Assembly (NCBI GenBank): GCA_963666565.1
Contig: OY762911.1
Location: forward strand, 2,304,001 to 2,368,000
Direction: 5' to 3'
Length of the DNA stretch: 64,000 nucleotides
Origin: Thermoanaerobaculia bacterium
GTDB lineage: Bacteria; Acidobacteriota; Thermoanaerobaculia; Multivoradales; Multivoraceae
Part shown: piece by piece, positions 17,637 to 27,036 of the stretch
Layout: each line of letters opens with the position of its first letter
Position numbering within the stretch: the first letter of the stretch is position 1
Notes under the pieces: model-generated
Database searches by the model: none
The model's input: only the letters and a program-made list of their open reading frames with translations
Told to the model about the DNA's origin: nothing
Program-made: the position numbers and the translations under genes

Positions 17637-18632
17637 ATGCGAGTTTTCGACGCTGCCCGGACCGCGGAACTGCTGCCCTGGGGCGCCGTGGTCGACGCGC
17701 TGGAGGCGGGCTTCCGCGACGGCTGCGAGATGCCGGTGCGCCATCACCACACGATGCAGGCGCCGGCCGGCGACGGTTCGCGGCTGCGCCCGGATGCGGG
17801 TCGGAAGACCCGCGCACCCGGCGGTGCCGAGGCGACCCTGCTCCTGATGCCGGCCTGGACCGTCGGCGGCTACCTGGGGGTCAAGGTGGCGTCCGTGTTC
17901 CCGGGCAACGCGTCCCGCGGGCTGGGCGCCGTGCAGGCCAGCTACATCCTCGCGTCGGCGGAGACCGGCGAGCCGCTGGCCCTGATCGACGGCCTGGAGC
18001 TGACGCTCCGGCGTACCGCGGCGGCGTCGGCGCTGGCGGCGCGGTTCCTGGCGCGCGCGGATTCCCGCCGCCTGCTGGTCGTCGGCACGGGCAACCTGGC
18101 GCCCCACCTGGCCGGGGCGCATGCCGCGGTCCATCCCGACCTGGAGGTCGAGTTCTGGGGGCGCCGGCCCGAGCGCGCCCTCGCGGCGTCCCGGTCGCCG
18201 CTGCTCGAAGGGCTAGCCGCGGGGACGGCGGGCGACCTGGAGCCGGCGGTCCGCGGCGCCGACATCGTCAGCACCGCGACCCTGGCCACCGAACCCCTGG
18301 TGTTCGGCGACTGGCTCCCGGCCGGCGTGCATGTCGACCTGGTCGGCGGCTTCACGCCGGCGATGCGCGAAGCGGACGACGAGGCGATGCGCCGTTCCAC
18401 CGTCTTCGTCGATACCCGGGACGGCGCACTGGTCGAGGCCGGCGACCTGACCCGGCCGATCGAGTCCGGCGCGCTCCGGGCCGAAGACGTCGCCGCCGAC
18501 CTGTACGAACTGTGCCGCGGCCGGCACGGCGGCCGCCGGGACGCCTCCGAGATCACCCTGTTCAAGTCCGTCGGCGCCGCGCTCGAGGACCTGTTCGCCG
18601 CCATCCTGCTGTGGGAGCGGAGCGGTGGCTAG
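17637..18632 (+). CDS. Ornithine cyclodeaminase / mu-crystallin family protein
   Basis: LLLMPAW, FPGN, LTLRRTAAASALA, GTGNLA and LFKSVG motifs; GGAG upstream of ATG 17637. Confidence 0.92.
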   Translation: MRVFDAARTAELLPWGAVVDALEAGFRDGCEMPVRHHHTMQAPAGDGSRLRPDAGRKTRAPGGAEATLLLMPAWTVGGYLGVKVASVFPGNASRGLGAVQASYILASAETGEPLALIDGLELTLRRTAAASALAARFLARADSRRLLVVGTGNLAPHLAGAHAAVHPDLEVEFWGRRPERALAASRSPLLEGLAAGTAGDLEPAVRGADIVSTATLATEPLVFGDWLPAGVHVDLVGGFTPAMREADDEAMRRSTVFVDTRDGALVEAGDLTRPIESGALRAEDVAADLYELCRGRHGGRRDASEITLFKSVGAALEDLFAAILLWERSGG

Positions 18633-18749
18633 CGCCGCCGAACCCGTCGCAGGCTCCGTGTTTGGCCCCGGCCCCCACCTCGTCAGGAGCTTGCGCCGCG
18701 GACCCGACCTCCGTTGCGGCGCCGCGGCGCAAGGTCCTAGACTCTCCCC

Positions 18750-20915
18750 ATGCCAAAGCTACCTGCCGCAGTTCTTCTCCCGGCCGCCCTCGCCGTGATC
18801 TCCTGCGCCGCTCCGGCGGCCGGCCCCGGCGAACCGCCGCGCGCCGAGGCGCGTCCCCACGAACTCGAGACCCACGGCGACGTGCGGGTCGACGAGTACT
18901 ACTGGCTGCGGGAGCGCGAGGACCCCGAGGTGATCGCCTATCTCGAGGCCGAGAACGCCTGGGTCGACGCCGCGATGGCGCACACCGAGGACCTCCAGGA
19001 GGCCCTGTTCGCCGAGATCCGCGGCCGCGTCGTCGAGGACGACGCCTCCGTTCCCTACCGCGACGGCGACTACTGGTACTACACCCGCTACGAACAGGAG
19101 AAGCAGTACCCGATCCACTGCCGCCGGCCGGCCGACGGCGACGTCTTCGGCGGCGACCGGGCGCCCGAGGCCGAGGAGGTGCTGGTCGACGTGAACGAGA
19201 TCGCCGGCGACAGGGAGTACACCGCCGTTCGCCTCGCGGTGAGCCCGGACCACCGCATCCTCGCCTACGGCGTCGACGACACCGGCCGGCGCTTCTACAC
19301 CGTGCGCTTCAGGGACCTTTCGACCGGGGAGGACCTGGCCGGCGAGATTCCGGACGTCACCGCGAACTTCGTCTGGGCCGCCGACAACGCCACCCTGTTC
19401 TACGTCCGCCAGAACCCCGACACCCTGCGGGCCTACCAGGTGTACCGGCACCGTCTGGGTTCCGGCGCCGCCGACGAGTTGGTCTACGAGGAACCGGACG
19501 AGACGTTCAGCGTGTTCCTGGGGCGCAGCCAGTCGCGGAAGTACCTGACGGCGACCTCGAGCCACACGCTGCGCACCGAGGTTCGCGTCCTGCGGGCCGA
19601 CGACCCGGACGGCGACTTCGCCGTCTTCGAGCCGCGCGGCGAGCGCCACGAATACAGCGTCGACCACCTCGGCGACCGCTTCTGGGTGCGCACGAACGAC
19701 GGCGCGCCGAACTTCCGGCTCATGTCCGCGCCCGAGAACGACACGGGGCGCGCCGCCTGGCGAGAAGAACTCCCGCACCGCGACGACGTGCTATTCGAGG
19801 GCTTCGAGCTGTTCGACCGCTTCCTGGTGCTGGCGGAGAGGCGCGACGGCCTGGAGCGGCTCCGCATCGAGCCGATGGGCGGGGGCGGCGCCGGGGACGG
19901 CGGGTTCCAGGGCCACGACCTCGACTTCGGCGAACCGACCTGGTCGTCCGGGCTCGGCGCCAACCCGGACCCGTCGTCCGGCACGCTGCGCTACGTCTAC
20001 CAGTCGCTGACCACGCCGCGCTCCGTGTTCGACTACGACCCGGCGACCCGCGAGAAGACCCTGCGCAAGCAGGACCGGGTGCTCGGCGGCTTCGACTCCG
20101 CGAACTACCGGAGCGAACGGCTGTGGGCGACCGCCGGGGACGGCACGCAGGTGCCGGTGTCGCTCGTCTACCGGCCCGACATGCGCCCCGAGGAGGGCGG
20201 CAGTCCGCTGCTGCTCTACGGCTACGGGTCCTACGGCGCGAGCATGGACGCCGGCTTCAGTTCGCCGCTCCTGAGCCTGATCGACCGCGGCTTCGTCTAC
20301 GCGATCGCCCACATCCGGGGCGGCGAGGAGATGGGCCGCTCCTGGTACGAGAACGGCAAGCTGCTCCACAAGAAGAACACCTTCACCGACTTCATCGCCG
20401 CCGCCGAGCATCTCGCCGCCGAGGGCTACGCGGACCCGGACCGGATCTACGCGATGGGCGGCAGCGCCGGCGGCCTGCTGATGGGCGCCGTGTTCAACAT
20501 GCGCCCCGACCTGTGGGACGGCATCGTGGCCCGGGTGCCCTTCGTCGACGTCGTGACGACGATGCTCGACGCGAGCATCCCGCTGACCACCTTCGAGTGG
20601 GACGAGTGGGGCGACCCCAGGGAACGCGAGTACTACGACTACATGCTGTCCTACTCGCCCTACGACAACGTCGAGGCGAAGGACTACCCGAACATGCTGG
20701 TGACGACCGGTTTGCACGACTCGCAGGTGCAGTACTGGGAACCGGCGAAGTGGGTGGCCCGGCTGCGGGCGGCGAAGACGGACGACAACCTGCTGCTGCT
20801 CCAGACGAACATGGGCGCCGGCCACGGCGGCGCCTCCGGGCGCTACGACCGCTACCGGGAGACGGCGCTCGTCTACGCGTTCCTGGTCGATCTGGCCGGG
20901 CTCGGCGACTCCTGA
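18750..20915 (+). CDS. ptrB: Oligopeptidase B (protease II, S9A) with lipoprotein-like signal
   Basis: HGDVRVDEYYWLR, YGYGSYG, GGSAGG (Ser), HDSQV (Asp), GAGHGG (His). Confidence 0.93.
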   Translation: MPKLPAAVLLPAALAVISCAAPAAGPGEPPRAEARPHELETHGDVRVDEYYWLREREDPEVIAYLEAENAWVDAAMAHTEDLQEALFAEIRGRVVEDDASVPYRDGDYWYYTRYEQEKQYPIHCRRPADGDVFGGDRAPEAEEVLVDVNEIAGDREYTAVRLAVSPDHRILAYGVDDTGRRFYTVRFRDLSTGEDLAGEIPDVTANFVWAADNATLFYVRQNPDTLRAYQVYRHRLGSGAADELVYEEPDETFSVFLGRSQSRKYLTATSSHTLRTEVRVLRADDPDGDFAVFEPRGERHEYSVDHLGDRFWVRTNDGAPNFRLMSAPENDTGRAAWREELPHRDDVLFEGFELFDRFLVLAERRDGLERLRIEPMGGGGAGDGGFQGHDLDFGEPTWSSGLGANPDPSSGTLRYVYQSLTTPRSVFDYDPATREKTLRKQDRVLGGFDSANYRSERLWATAGDGTQVPVSLVYRPDMRPEEGGSPLLLYGYGSYGASMDAGFSSPLLSLIDRGFVYAIAHIRGGEEMGRSWYENGKLLHKKNTFTDFIAAAEHLAAEGYADPDRIYAMGGSAGGLLMGAVFNMRPDLWDGIVARVPFVDVVTTMLDASIPLTTFEWDEWGDPREREYYDYMLSYSPYDNVEAKDYPNMLVTTGLHDSQVQYWEPAKWVARLRAAKTDDNLLLLQTNMGAGHGGASGRYDRYRETALVYAFLVDLAGLGDS

Positions 20916-20925
20916 GGAGGGCGGC

Positions 20926-21267
20926 ATGGCGATCGACTTCAGCGACCGGCGGGATCAACTCAGGCGGCAGCAGGCCGGGAGCCTGCGCTTTGTCCGGGTC
21001 GTGGTGCGCATCGCGCTCCTCTTCGCGATCGGAGCGCTGGCGGTTCTCCAGGGCTTCTCGCCGACCTCCTGGCTGCTGCTCGGCCTGCTCCTGGCCTGGG
21101 GCGCGTCCCTGCCCTTCCTGCTGCGCGGCATTCTGCGGCGGGTACGGGCGCTCGACCATCTCGCGCGGTGGCAGCGGTTGGCCCTCATCTGGACGGCGGG
21201 GCTCGTCCTGATCGGCGGCTTCGCCGTGCTGGCGCGGTACGTCCTGCTGCCCGCCCCGGCCGGCTGA
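20926..21267 (+). CDS. Hypothetical membrane protein (about 3 TM)
   Basis: GAGGAGG upstream, directly after the ptrB stop; three hydrophobic segments. Confidence 0.7.
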   Translation: MAIDFSDRRDQLRRQQAGSLRFVRVVVRIALLFAIGALAVLQGFSPTSWLLLGLLLAWGASLPFLLRGILRRVRALDHLARWQRLALIWTAGLVLIGGFAVLARYVLLPAPAG

Positions 21268-21291
21268 CCCGCCGCCACACCGGGTACGCCC

Positions 21292-21429
21292 CTGGGTGCG
21301 CGGGTCTTCCGACCCGCTGCCGCCGGAGGCGGCGTCGAGAATCGTCGCCGGCCTTTGGCCGGCGTCCGTACTCTCCGGGCTGCGCCGCTTCGCGGCTTCG
21401 CCGAGCGGGTCGGAAGACCCGCGCACCCC
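21292..21429. repeat. Complete REPIN-like composite element (inverted REP pair plus conserved core)
   Basis: Forward copy 21292-21317, reverse copy 21405-21429; core closely matches 33945-34035. Confidence 0.92.
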
Positions 21430-21440
21430 AGGGCATCCGG

Positions 21441-22610
21441 TTAGTAGCTTTTCGGCAGGCCGAGCACCTTCTCGGCGATGTGGCAGAGGATCAACTGCGG
21501 GCTGACCGGCGCCAGCCGCGGGATCATGACCTCGCGCATCAGCCGCTCGACGTGGAACTCCTTCGCGTAGCCCATGCCGCCGTGGGTCATCACCGCCTGC
21601 GTGCAGGCCTTGAAGCCGGCCTCCGCGCCGAGGTACTTCGCGGCGTTCGCGTAGTGGCCGCAGGGCTCGTCGCGGTCGTAGAGCGAGGCCGCCTGCATCG
21701 CCATCAGGAAGGCCGCCTCCAGTTCCATCCAGCACTCCGCCAGGGGATGCTGGATCGACTGGTTCTGGCCGATCGGCCGGCCGAAGACCCGGCGTTGGCG
21801 GGCGTAGTCGGTGGCGCGCTCCAGCGCGTTGCGGCCCACGCCGACCGCCTCGACGCCGATCAGGATCCGCTCCGGGTTCAGGCTGTGCAGGATGTACTCG
21901 AAGCCGCGCCCCTCTTCGCCGATGCGGTCTTCGGCGGGCACCTCGAGGCCGTCGATGAACAGCTCGTTCGAGTCGACCGCCGCGCGGCCCATCTTCGGGA
22001 TCCGACGCACGTCTACCCGCGAACGGTCGAGGTCGGTGTAGAACAGCGAAAGCCCCTTGGTCGCCTTGCCCGTCTCGGTCCTCGGGGTGGTGCGGGCGAG
22101 CAGCATGACGCGGTCCGCTTCCTGGGCGGTCGTGGTCCAGATCTTGCGCCCGTGGACGACGTAGCCGCCGTCGGGCTGGCGTTCCGCGCGGGTCGTGATC
22201 GCCGTCGTCTCCAGACCGGCGTCGGGCTCGGTGACCGCGAAGCAGGTCTTCTCCCGGCCTTCGATGAGAGGCGGGAGGAAGCGGCGGCGCTGCTCCTCCG
22301 TTCCGAAGACGACGATCGGGTGCGGACCGAAGATGTTGATGTGGATCGCGGAGGCGGCACTCATGCCGCCGCCGGCGCGCGCCACCTCGTGCATCGTGAG
22401 GGCTGCTTCCGTAACGCCCAGGCCCGCGCCGCCGTACGTCTCGGGCATGGCGATGCCGAGTGCGCCGCAATCGGCCATCGCGCGATGGAACTCGTTCGGG
22501 AAGCGCGCCTCGTTATCGATCGCGAGCCAGTAGTCGTCGTCGAAGGCGGCGCAGGTGCGGGCAATGCCTTCGCACAGGGCGCGCTGCGGTCCGGTGAGGG
22601 TGAAGTCCAT
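21441..22610 (-). CDS. Acyl-CoA dehydrogenase family protein
   Basis: FAVTEPDAG, GRKIWTT, RRVFGRPIGQNQ and HGGMGY motifs. Confidence 0.94.
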   Translation of the reverse strand: MDFTLTGPQRALCEGIARTCAAFDDDYWLAIDNEARFPNEFHRAMADCGALGIAMPETYGGAGLGVTEAALTMHEVARAGGGMSAASAIHINIFGPHPIVVFGTEEQRRRFLPPLIEGREKTCFAVTEPDAGLETTAITTRAERQPDGGYVVHGRKIWTTTAQEADRVMLLARTTPRTETGKATKGLSLFYTDLDRSRVDVRRIPKMGRAAVDSNELFIDGLEVPAEDRIGEEGRGFEYILHSLNPERILIGVEAVGVGRNALERATDYARQRRVFGRPIGQNQSIQHPLAECWMELEAAFLMAMQAASLYDRDEPCGHYANAAKYLGAEAGFKACTQAVMTHGGMGYAKEFHVERLMREVMIPRLAPVSPQLILCHIAEKVLGLPKSY

Positions 22611-22658
22611 GGGAACGGGAGAGGGTACAACGGCCGCCTTCGATGGTGGGTCCGGGCG

Positions 22659-23249
22659 TCACTGCGATCGATGCGCTTGGAGCAGAGACTCTCCTTGCGG
22701 GCCAGGGAGTGCTCTGGGTGCGCGGACCTTCTGGTCCGCTTCCGGGAGAAACGCGTCGTGGAGCGGCGACCGCTTGGATCGGCGCCGAGTCAGCAGTTCG
22801 GCCGCGGTCGCGCGCAGGACCGGGTGCCAGGCGTTCGGCGCGATCTCGACCAGCGGCTCGAGGACGAAGCGGCGCCGGTGCATCCGCGGATGCGGGACGA
22901 TGAGGCCGGGCTCGTCCACGACGCGGTCGCCGAACAGCAACAGGTCGAGATCGATCGTCCGCGGGCCGGCGGCGCCGGCGGTCCGGTCGCGGCCCAGGGC
23001 GGCTTCGATCTCGAGCAGGGCCGCCAGCAGGCCGCGGGCGTCGAGGTCGGTCTCCAGCGTCGCCGCCGCGTTCCGGAAGTCCGGATCCGCGGCCGCGACG
23101 CCGCGCTCGGGGACCGCCCGGGTGCGGTAGAAGCGCGACACCGCGGTCACGTCCGCGACATCGCGCAGACGATCGAGGGCCGCGTGCAGATTGGCGCGCT
23201 TGGGCCGCAGGTTGGACCCCAGGGCGACGAAGGCGCGGGTGGACGTCAC
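22659..23249 (-). CDS. folK: 2-amino-4-hydroxy-6-hydroxymethyldihydropteridine diphosphokinase
   Basis: AFVALGSNL, GPRTIDLDLL, PHPRMHRRRFVLEPL motifs; GTG 23249 overlaps the folP-folB stop (GTGA). Confidence 0.92.
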   Translation of the reverse strand: MTSTRAFVALGSNLRPKRANLHAALDRLRDVADVTAVSRFYRTRAVPERGVAAADPDFRNAAATLETDLDARGLLAALLEIEAALGRDRTAGAAGPRTIDLDLLLFGDRVVDEPGLIVPHPRMHRRRFVLEPLVEIAPNAWHPVLRATAAELLTRRRSKRSPLHDAFLPEADQKVRAPRALPGPQGESLLQAHRSQ

Positions 23250-24616
23250 GGCCGCCAGTCGACCTCGGTGCCCACTTCGGCGACTCCGAGATCGCGCGCC
23301 GCGCCGGGCTTGGAGACCCGGACGCGCAACGCTTCGATCGATGGGTACCCGCCTTCGGAGGCGGCAGCGCCCGGTTTCGAGGGCGCTTTGTCGCCAGTTC
23401 TGCCTGGGCCTCCGCCGGCTCGGTCTGAGACCCGGTCGACTCTGCCGGAGACGCTGTCGGCACCGCTGGAGACGCTGTCGGCACCGCCTGAGTCTCCGCC
23501 GGCTCTGCCCGAGACGTTCTCGGCGACCGCGGCGGCGATCCGCTCGGCGAGCGTCTCGACGAGGCGGTACTCGTCTTTCGCCGCGACGGCTCGGGCGACT
23601 GCCGCGATCAGCGCGTAGTCGACCGTCCGGTCGAGATCGTCGGGGGCGCCGAACGCGGCCGGCGCCAGGGCGACCTCGACGTCGACGAGCAGCTCTTGCG
23701 GAGCCGCCCGCTCCCGAGCCGTGACGCCGACGCGGCAGCGGCACGGGATGCCGCGGGCGAGAACCCGCCGCCGCGGCGCCGCTGCCCGGCGTCGCCGCCG
23801 CATGGCGCCGATGCTGTCCGCCAGTTGCCGGTGCTCCCTCACGTCGTGGACCCGCAGCACGTCGGCGGCGTCGAGGGCCGCCGCCCAGGCGTTGACGCTC
23901 AGCGTGCCGGCCAGCCGCTCATCGACCGGCACGCCGCCGAGCAGGCGGTCGAGGAAGGACTTCCGGGACACGCCGAGGACGATCGGCGCCCCCAGTTCGC
24001 GCAGATCGCCCAGGTTCGCGAGCAGGTCGAGGTTGTGCTCCAGCATCTTGCCGAAGCCGATGCCGGGGTCCACCAGCACCTCGACGCCGCGCCTCTTGCC
24101 GGCCGCCACCCGCCCGGCGAGGAACTCGCGGATCTCGGCCACGACATCGTCGTAGCGCGGCTCGCGCTGCATCGTGCGTGGCTCGCCCTGCATGTGCATG
24201 GCGATGACCGGAGCGCCGTGCCGCGCCGCGGCCTCCAGCATCTCGTCGCGGGCCCCCGAGACGTCGTTGACCAGGTGCGCCCCCGCGGCGAGCGCCCGGT
24301 CGGCCACCTCGGGTTTCGCCGTGTCGACGCTCAGTGGCACGCCGAGGTCCAGCCTGCGGATGCCCTCAAGCGCCGGCAGCAGTCGCTCCAGTTCTTCCGC
24401 GGGACCCACCGGCGCGGCGCCCGGCCGCGTGCTCTCGGCGCCGACGTCGATCAGGTCCGCCCCTTCCGCCGCCATCAGCCGGGCATGGTCGACCGCCGCC
24501 TCGGCGTCGTCGAAGCGGCCGCCGTCCGAGAAGCTGTCGGGCGTCACGTTCAGCACGCCCATGATCAGGGGCCGCCGGTCGAACGCGAGGGTGTGCGGTC
24601 CGCAGCCGATGTCCAT
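23246..24616 (-). CDS. folP: Dihydropteroate synthase fused to C-terminal dihydroneopterin aldolase (FolP-FolB)
   Basis: MGVLNVTPDSFSDGG, DPGIGFGK, SRKSF, RVHDV, then FolB motifs (GVTARER...Q.L.VD, TVDY, LVETLAERIA, VRVSKP) in the same frame. Confidence 0.92.
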   Translation of the reverse strand: MDIGCGPHTLAFDRRPLIMGVLNVTPDSFSDGGRFDDAEAAVDHARLMAAEGADLIDVGAESTRPGAAPVGPAEELERLLPALEGIRRLDLGVPLSVDTAKPEVADRALAAGAHLVNDVSGARDEMLEAAARHGAPVIAMHMQGEPRTMQREPRYDDVVAEIREFLAGRVAAGKRRGVEVLVDPGIGFGKMLEHNLDLLANLGDLRELGAPIVLGVSRKSFLDRLLGGVPVDERLAGTLSVNAWAAALDAADVLRVHDVREHRQLADSIGAMRRRRRAAAPRRRVLARGIPCRCRVGVTARERAAPQELLVDVEVALAPAAFGAPDDLDRTVDYALIAAVARAVAAKDEYRLVETLAERIAAAVAENVSGRAGGDSGGADSVSSGADSVSGRVDRVSDRAGGGPGRTGDKAPSKPGAAASEGGYPSIEALRVRVSKPGAARDLGVAEVGTEVDWRP

Positions 24617-24763
24617 GCGTGCAGTCTAGGCGCTTCGCACCCACACGCGCGCCCCGATCTCGTCTATGTCATTGGATAGAGTCGAAGCCGCGCCGCCGTG
24701 GCGTTGCCGGCTCTGAGGTTCGACTTGAGATCTGAGTCAGGAGGTACCGCGGTAGAGAATGCG

Positions 24764-25051
24764 ATGGACGTGATTCTGATGATCGGCGGGATTCTCGTGC
24801 CGGCTCTTTCGGCGATTGTCGCGCTGGGCGCCTGGTTCCTGCCTCGGATGGACCGCCGCTTCGACGAGGCCGCGCTGGACCGGAGGAGGATCGAGATCCA
24901 ACTGGGAGAGCGCTTCGACCGGCTTGCGGCGTCTTTCAAGGCGAACATTCAGAGGCTTGAGGCGGAGTTCAAGGCGCGGTCGGACCGAATCGAAGAGCGA
25001 TGCTACGAAGCGCCGTCGGCTGCCAGTCGGTCGTCCAGGTCGCCGTTCTGA
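24764..25051 (+). CDS. Small protein with N-terminal TM and coiled-coil-like body
   Basis: MDVILMIGGILVPALSAIVALGAWFLPRMDRRFD...; visibly more AT-rich than its flanks; 3' end overlaps the next ORF by 52 nt. Confidence 0.55.
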   Translation: MDVILMIGGILVPALSAIVALGAWFLPRMDRRFDEAALDRRRIEIQLGERFDRLAASFKANIQRLEAEFKARSDRIEERCYEAPSAASRSSRSPF

Positions 25052-27036
25052 CGTGCGCCTTTGTTCCTTCGGGCGTCGCCGCCTTGCCGGCCGCCGTCGG
25101 CGAGGATTGCGGATTCGCGTTCGTCGAGGTGGCGGCTGAAGCCGGGATCGACTTCCGCCACGACGCGGGCGCCTCCGGCGGTCTGCACCTGCCGGAGACG
25201 ATGGGCGCCGGCGTCGCGTGGATCGACTTCGACGGCGACGGTTGGCTCGATCTCTACTTCGTGCAGTCGGGGCCGTTCCCGCCTGCCGGCGAGCGGGAAG
25301 GCGGGGCTGCCGACCGGCTGTTCCGCAACCTGGGGCCGGACGAGGCGGGGAAGTTCCGCTTCGTGCCGGTCGAGGCTGGCGGTTTGGCGAGCGGCTACGG
25401 CCAGGGCGTCGTCGCCGCCGACGTCGACGGCGACCGGGACTTCGACCTCCTCGTGTCGCACTGGGGGCCGACCGTGCTCCTGCGCAACGACGGCGCGGGC
25501 CGTTTCGCACCGCCGGAACCGCTGCCGGCGGGAGGTGCCCGCGGCGCACCGGCCGAATCCTCCTCGGCGGGAGACGCCGGCGGCGCACCGGCCGAACGGC
25601 TGCCGGCGGGAGGCGCCGAGGGCGCGCCGGATGAGTCGTTGCCGGCAACGGGCGCCGGCGGCGGGCCGGACGAGTTCCCCTGGGGCTCCTCGATGGCGCT
25701 CGCCGACGCGGACGGCGACGGCGATCTCGACCTCTACGTCAGCCGGTACCTCGACTACGACCCGGCGCACGGCCTGGACTGCCGGCGGGACGGGCCGGAC
25801 TCTCCGCCGGAGGTGTGCGACCCGTCGCTGTTCACGGGGCAGCGTGACCGCTACTACGCGAACCGCGGCGACGGCGCCTTCGAAGACGCGACGGAAGCCG
25901 CCGGGCTCGGCGGCGCCGACGGCAAGGGGCTCGGCGTTCTGTTCACGGATCTCGACGCGGACGGCCGGCCCGACCTTTACGTGGCGAACGACCTGACGCT
26001 GAACCTCCTGTTCCGCAACCGGGGCGACGGCACGTTCGAGGATCTTTCCCTGCTTTCGGGCGCCGCCGTCAACCGCAACGGCCGGCCCGAAGCGGGAATG
26101 GGGCTCGCCGCGGCGGACTTCGACCTCGACGGCGACCCGGACCTCGCGGTGACGAACTTCGACGTGGAGACGAACACGCTGTACCGCAACGCGGGGCCCG
26201 CGTCCGGCCTGCTGTTCGAGGACGTGTCCGCGACGACCGGCTTCGGCCAGCCGTCGTTCAACCTGCTGGGCTTCGGGATCGTGGCCGCCGATTTCGACCG
26301 CGACGGCGCGCTCGACGTCTACGTCGCGAACGGCCACATCTTCGCTTCGCCCAGGCGGGACAACACGGAGCACCGGCAGCGGAACCTGCTCCTGCGCGGC
26401 CACGCCGGCGACCGCGACGGCGGCGATGGCGGCGGCCGCGAGACCGACGGCCGCGAGACCGGCGGCCGCGAGACCGACGGCCGCGAGACCGACGACCGCG
26501 AGACCGACGGCCGCGAGACCGACGACCGCGAGGCCGGCACCCGCGAGACCGGCGGCCGCGCCGCCTTCGTCGAGGCGCGCTGCGGGTGGCTGGAGCGGCA
26601 CCTTCTGGTCAGCCGCGGCGCCGCGACGGCGGATTTCGACCTCGACGGCGACGCCGACCTGGCGGTGACGGCGAACGACGGGCCGGCCCGCCTGTGGCGG
26701 AACGACGCCGCCCCGTCGGCCGGCGCGGCGTGGCTGGGCGTCGAACTGCGCGGCGCGGCGCCCAACACCCAGGCGGTCGGCGCCGTCGTCACCGTCTCCG
26801 GCGGTGGTGGCGCGCCGCCGGCCCGGCGCTGGACGATCCGCGGCGACAGCTACCAGTCGTCGAGCGGCCACCGCCTGCGCTGGGCCCTCGCGCCGCCTCC
26901 GACGCCGACCGGCGATCCTCCCGCCGCCGGCGCCGACCGGACGCTCCTGCTCGACCTGCGCTGGCCCTCCGGCGCCCGCACCCGCGTCGTCGATCCGCCG
27001 ACCGGCGTCTACCTCGTCGTCGAGGAACGCCCATGA
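25000..27036 (+). CDS. CRTAC1 / ASPIC-UnbV family protein (FG-GAP-like beta-propeller repeats)
   Basis: ETMGAGVAWIDFDGDGWLDLYF, repeated DxDxDGxxDL motifs, EAGMG, SRGAATADFDLDGD, NTQAVGAVV. Start uncertain. Confidence 0.88.
   Translation: MLRSAVGCQSVVQVAVLTCAFVPSGVAALPAAVGEDCGFAFVEVAAEAGIDFRHDAGASGGLHLPETMGAGVAWIDFDGDGWLDLYFVQSGPFPPAGEREGGAADRLFRNLGPDEAGKFRFVPVEAGGLASGYGQGVVAADVDGDRDFDLLVSHWGPTVLLRNDGAGRFAPPEPLPAGGARGAPAESSSAGDAGGAPAERLPAGGAEGAPDESLPATGAGGGPDEFPWGSSMALADADGDGDLDLYVSRYLDYDPAHGLDCRRDGPDSPPEVCDPSLFTGQRDRYYANRGDGAFEDATEAAGLGGADGKGLGVLFTDLDADGRPDLYVANDLTLNLLFRNRGDGTFEDLSLLSGAAVNRNGRPEAGMGLAAADFDLDGDPDLAVTNFDVETNTLYRNAGPASGLLFEDVSATTGFGQPSFNLLGFGIVAADFDRDGALDVYVANGHIFASPRRDNTEHRQRNLLLRGHAGDRDGGDGGGRETDGRETGGRETDGRETDDRETDGRETDDREAGTRETGGRAAFVEARCGWLERHLLVSRGAATADFDLDGDADLAVTANDGPARLWRNDAAPSAGAAWLGVELRGAAPNTQAVGAVVTVSGGGGAPPARRWTIRGDSYQSSSGHRLRWALAPPPTPTGDPPAAGADRTLLLDLRWPSGARTRVVDPPTGVYLVVEERP
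26437..26556 (+). repeat. In-frame 15-bp tandem repeat (RETDG/RETDD, about 8 units)
   Basis: cgcgagaccgacggc-type units. Confidence 0.9.
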
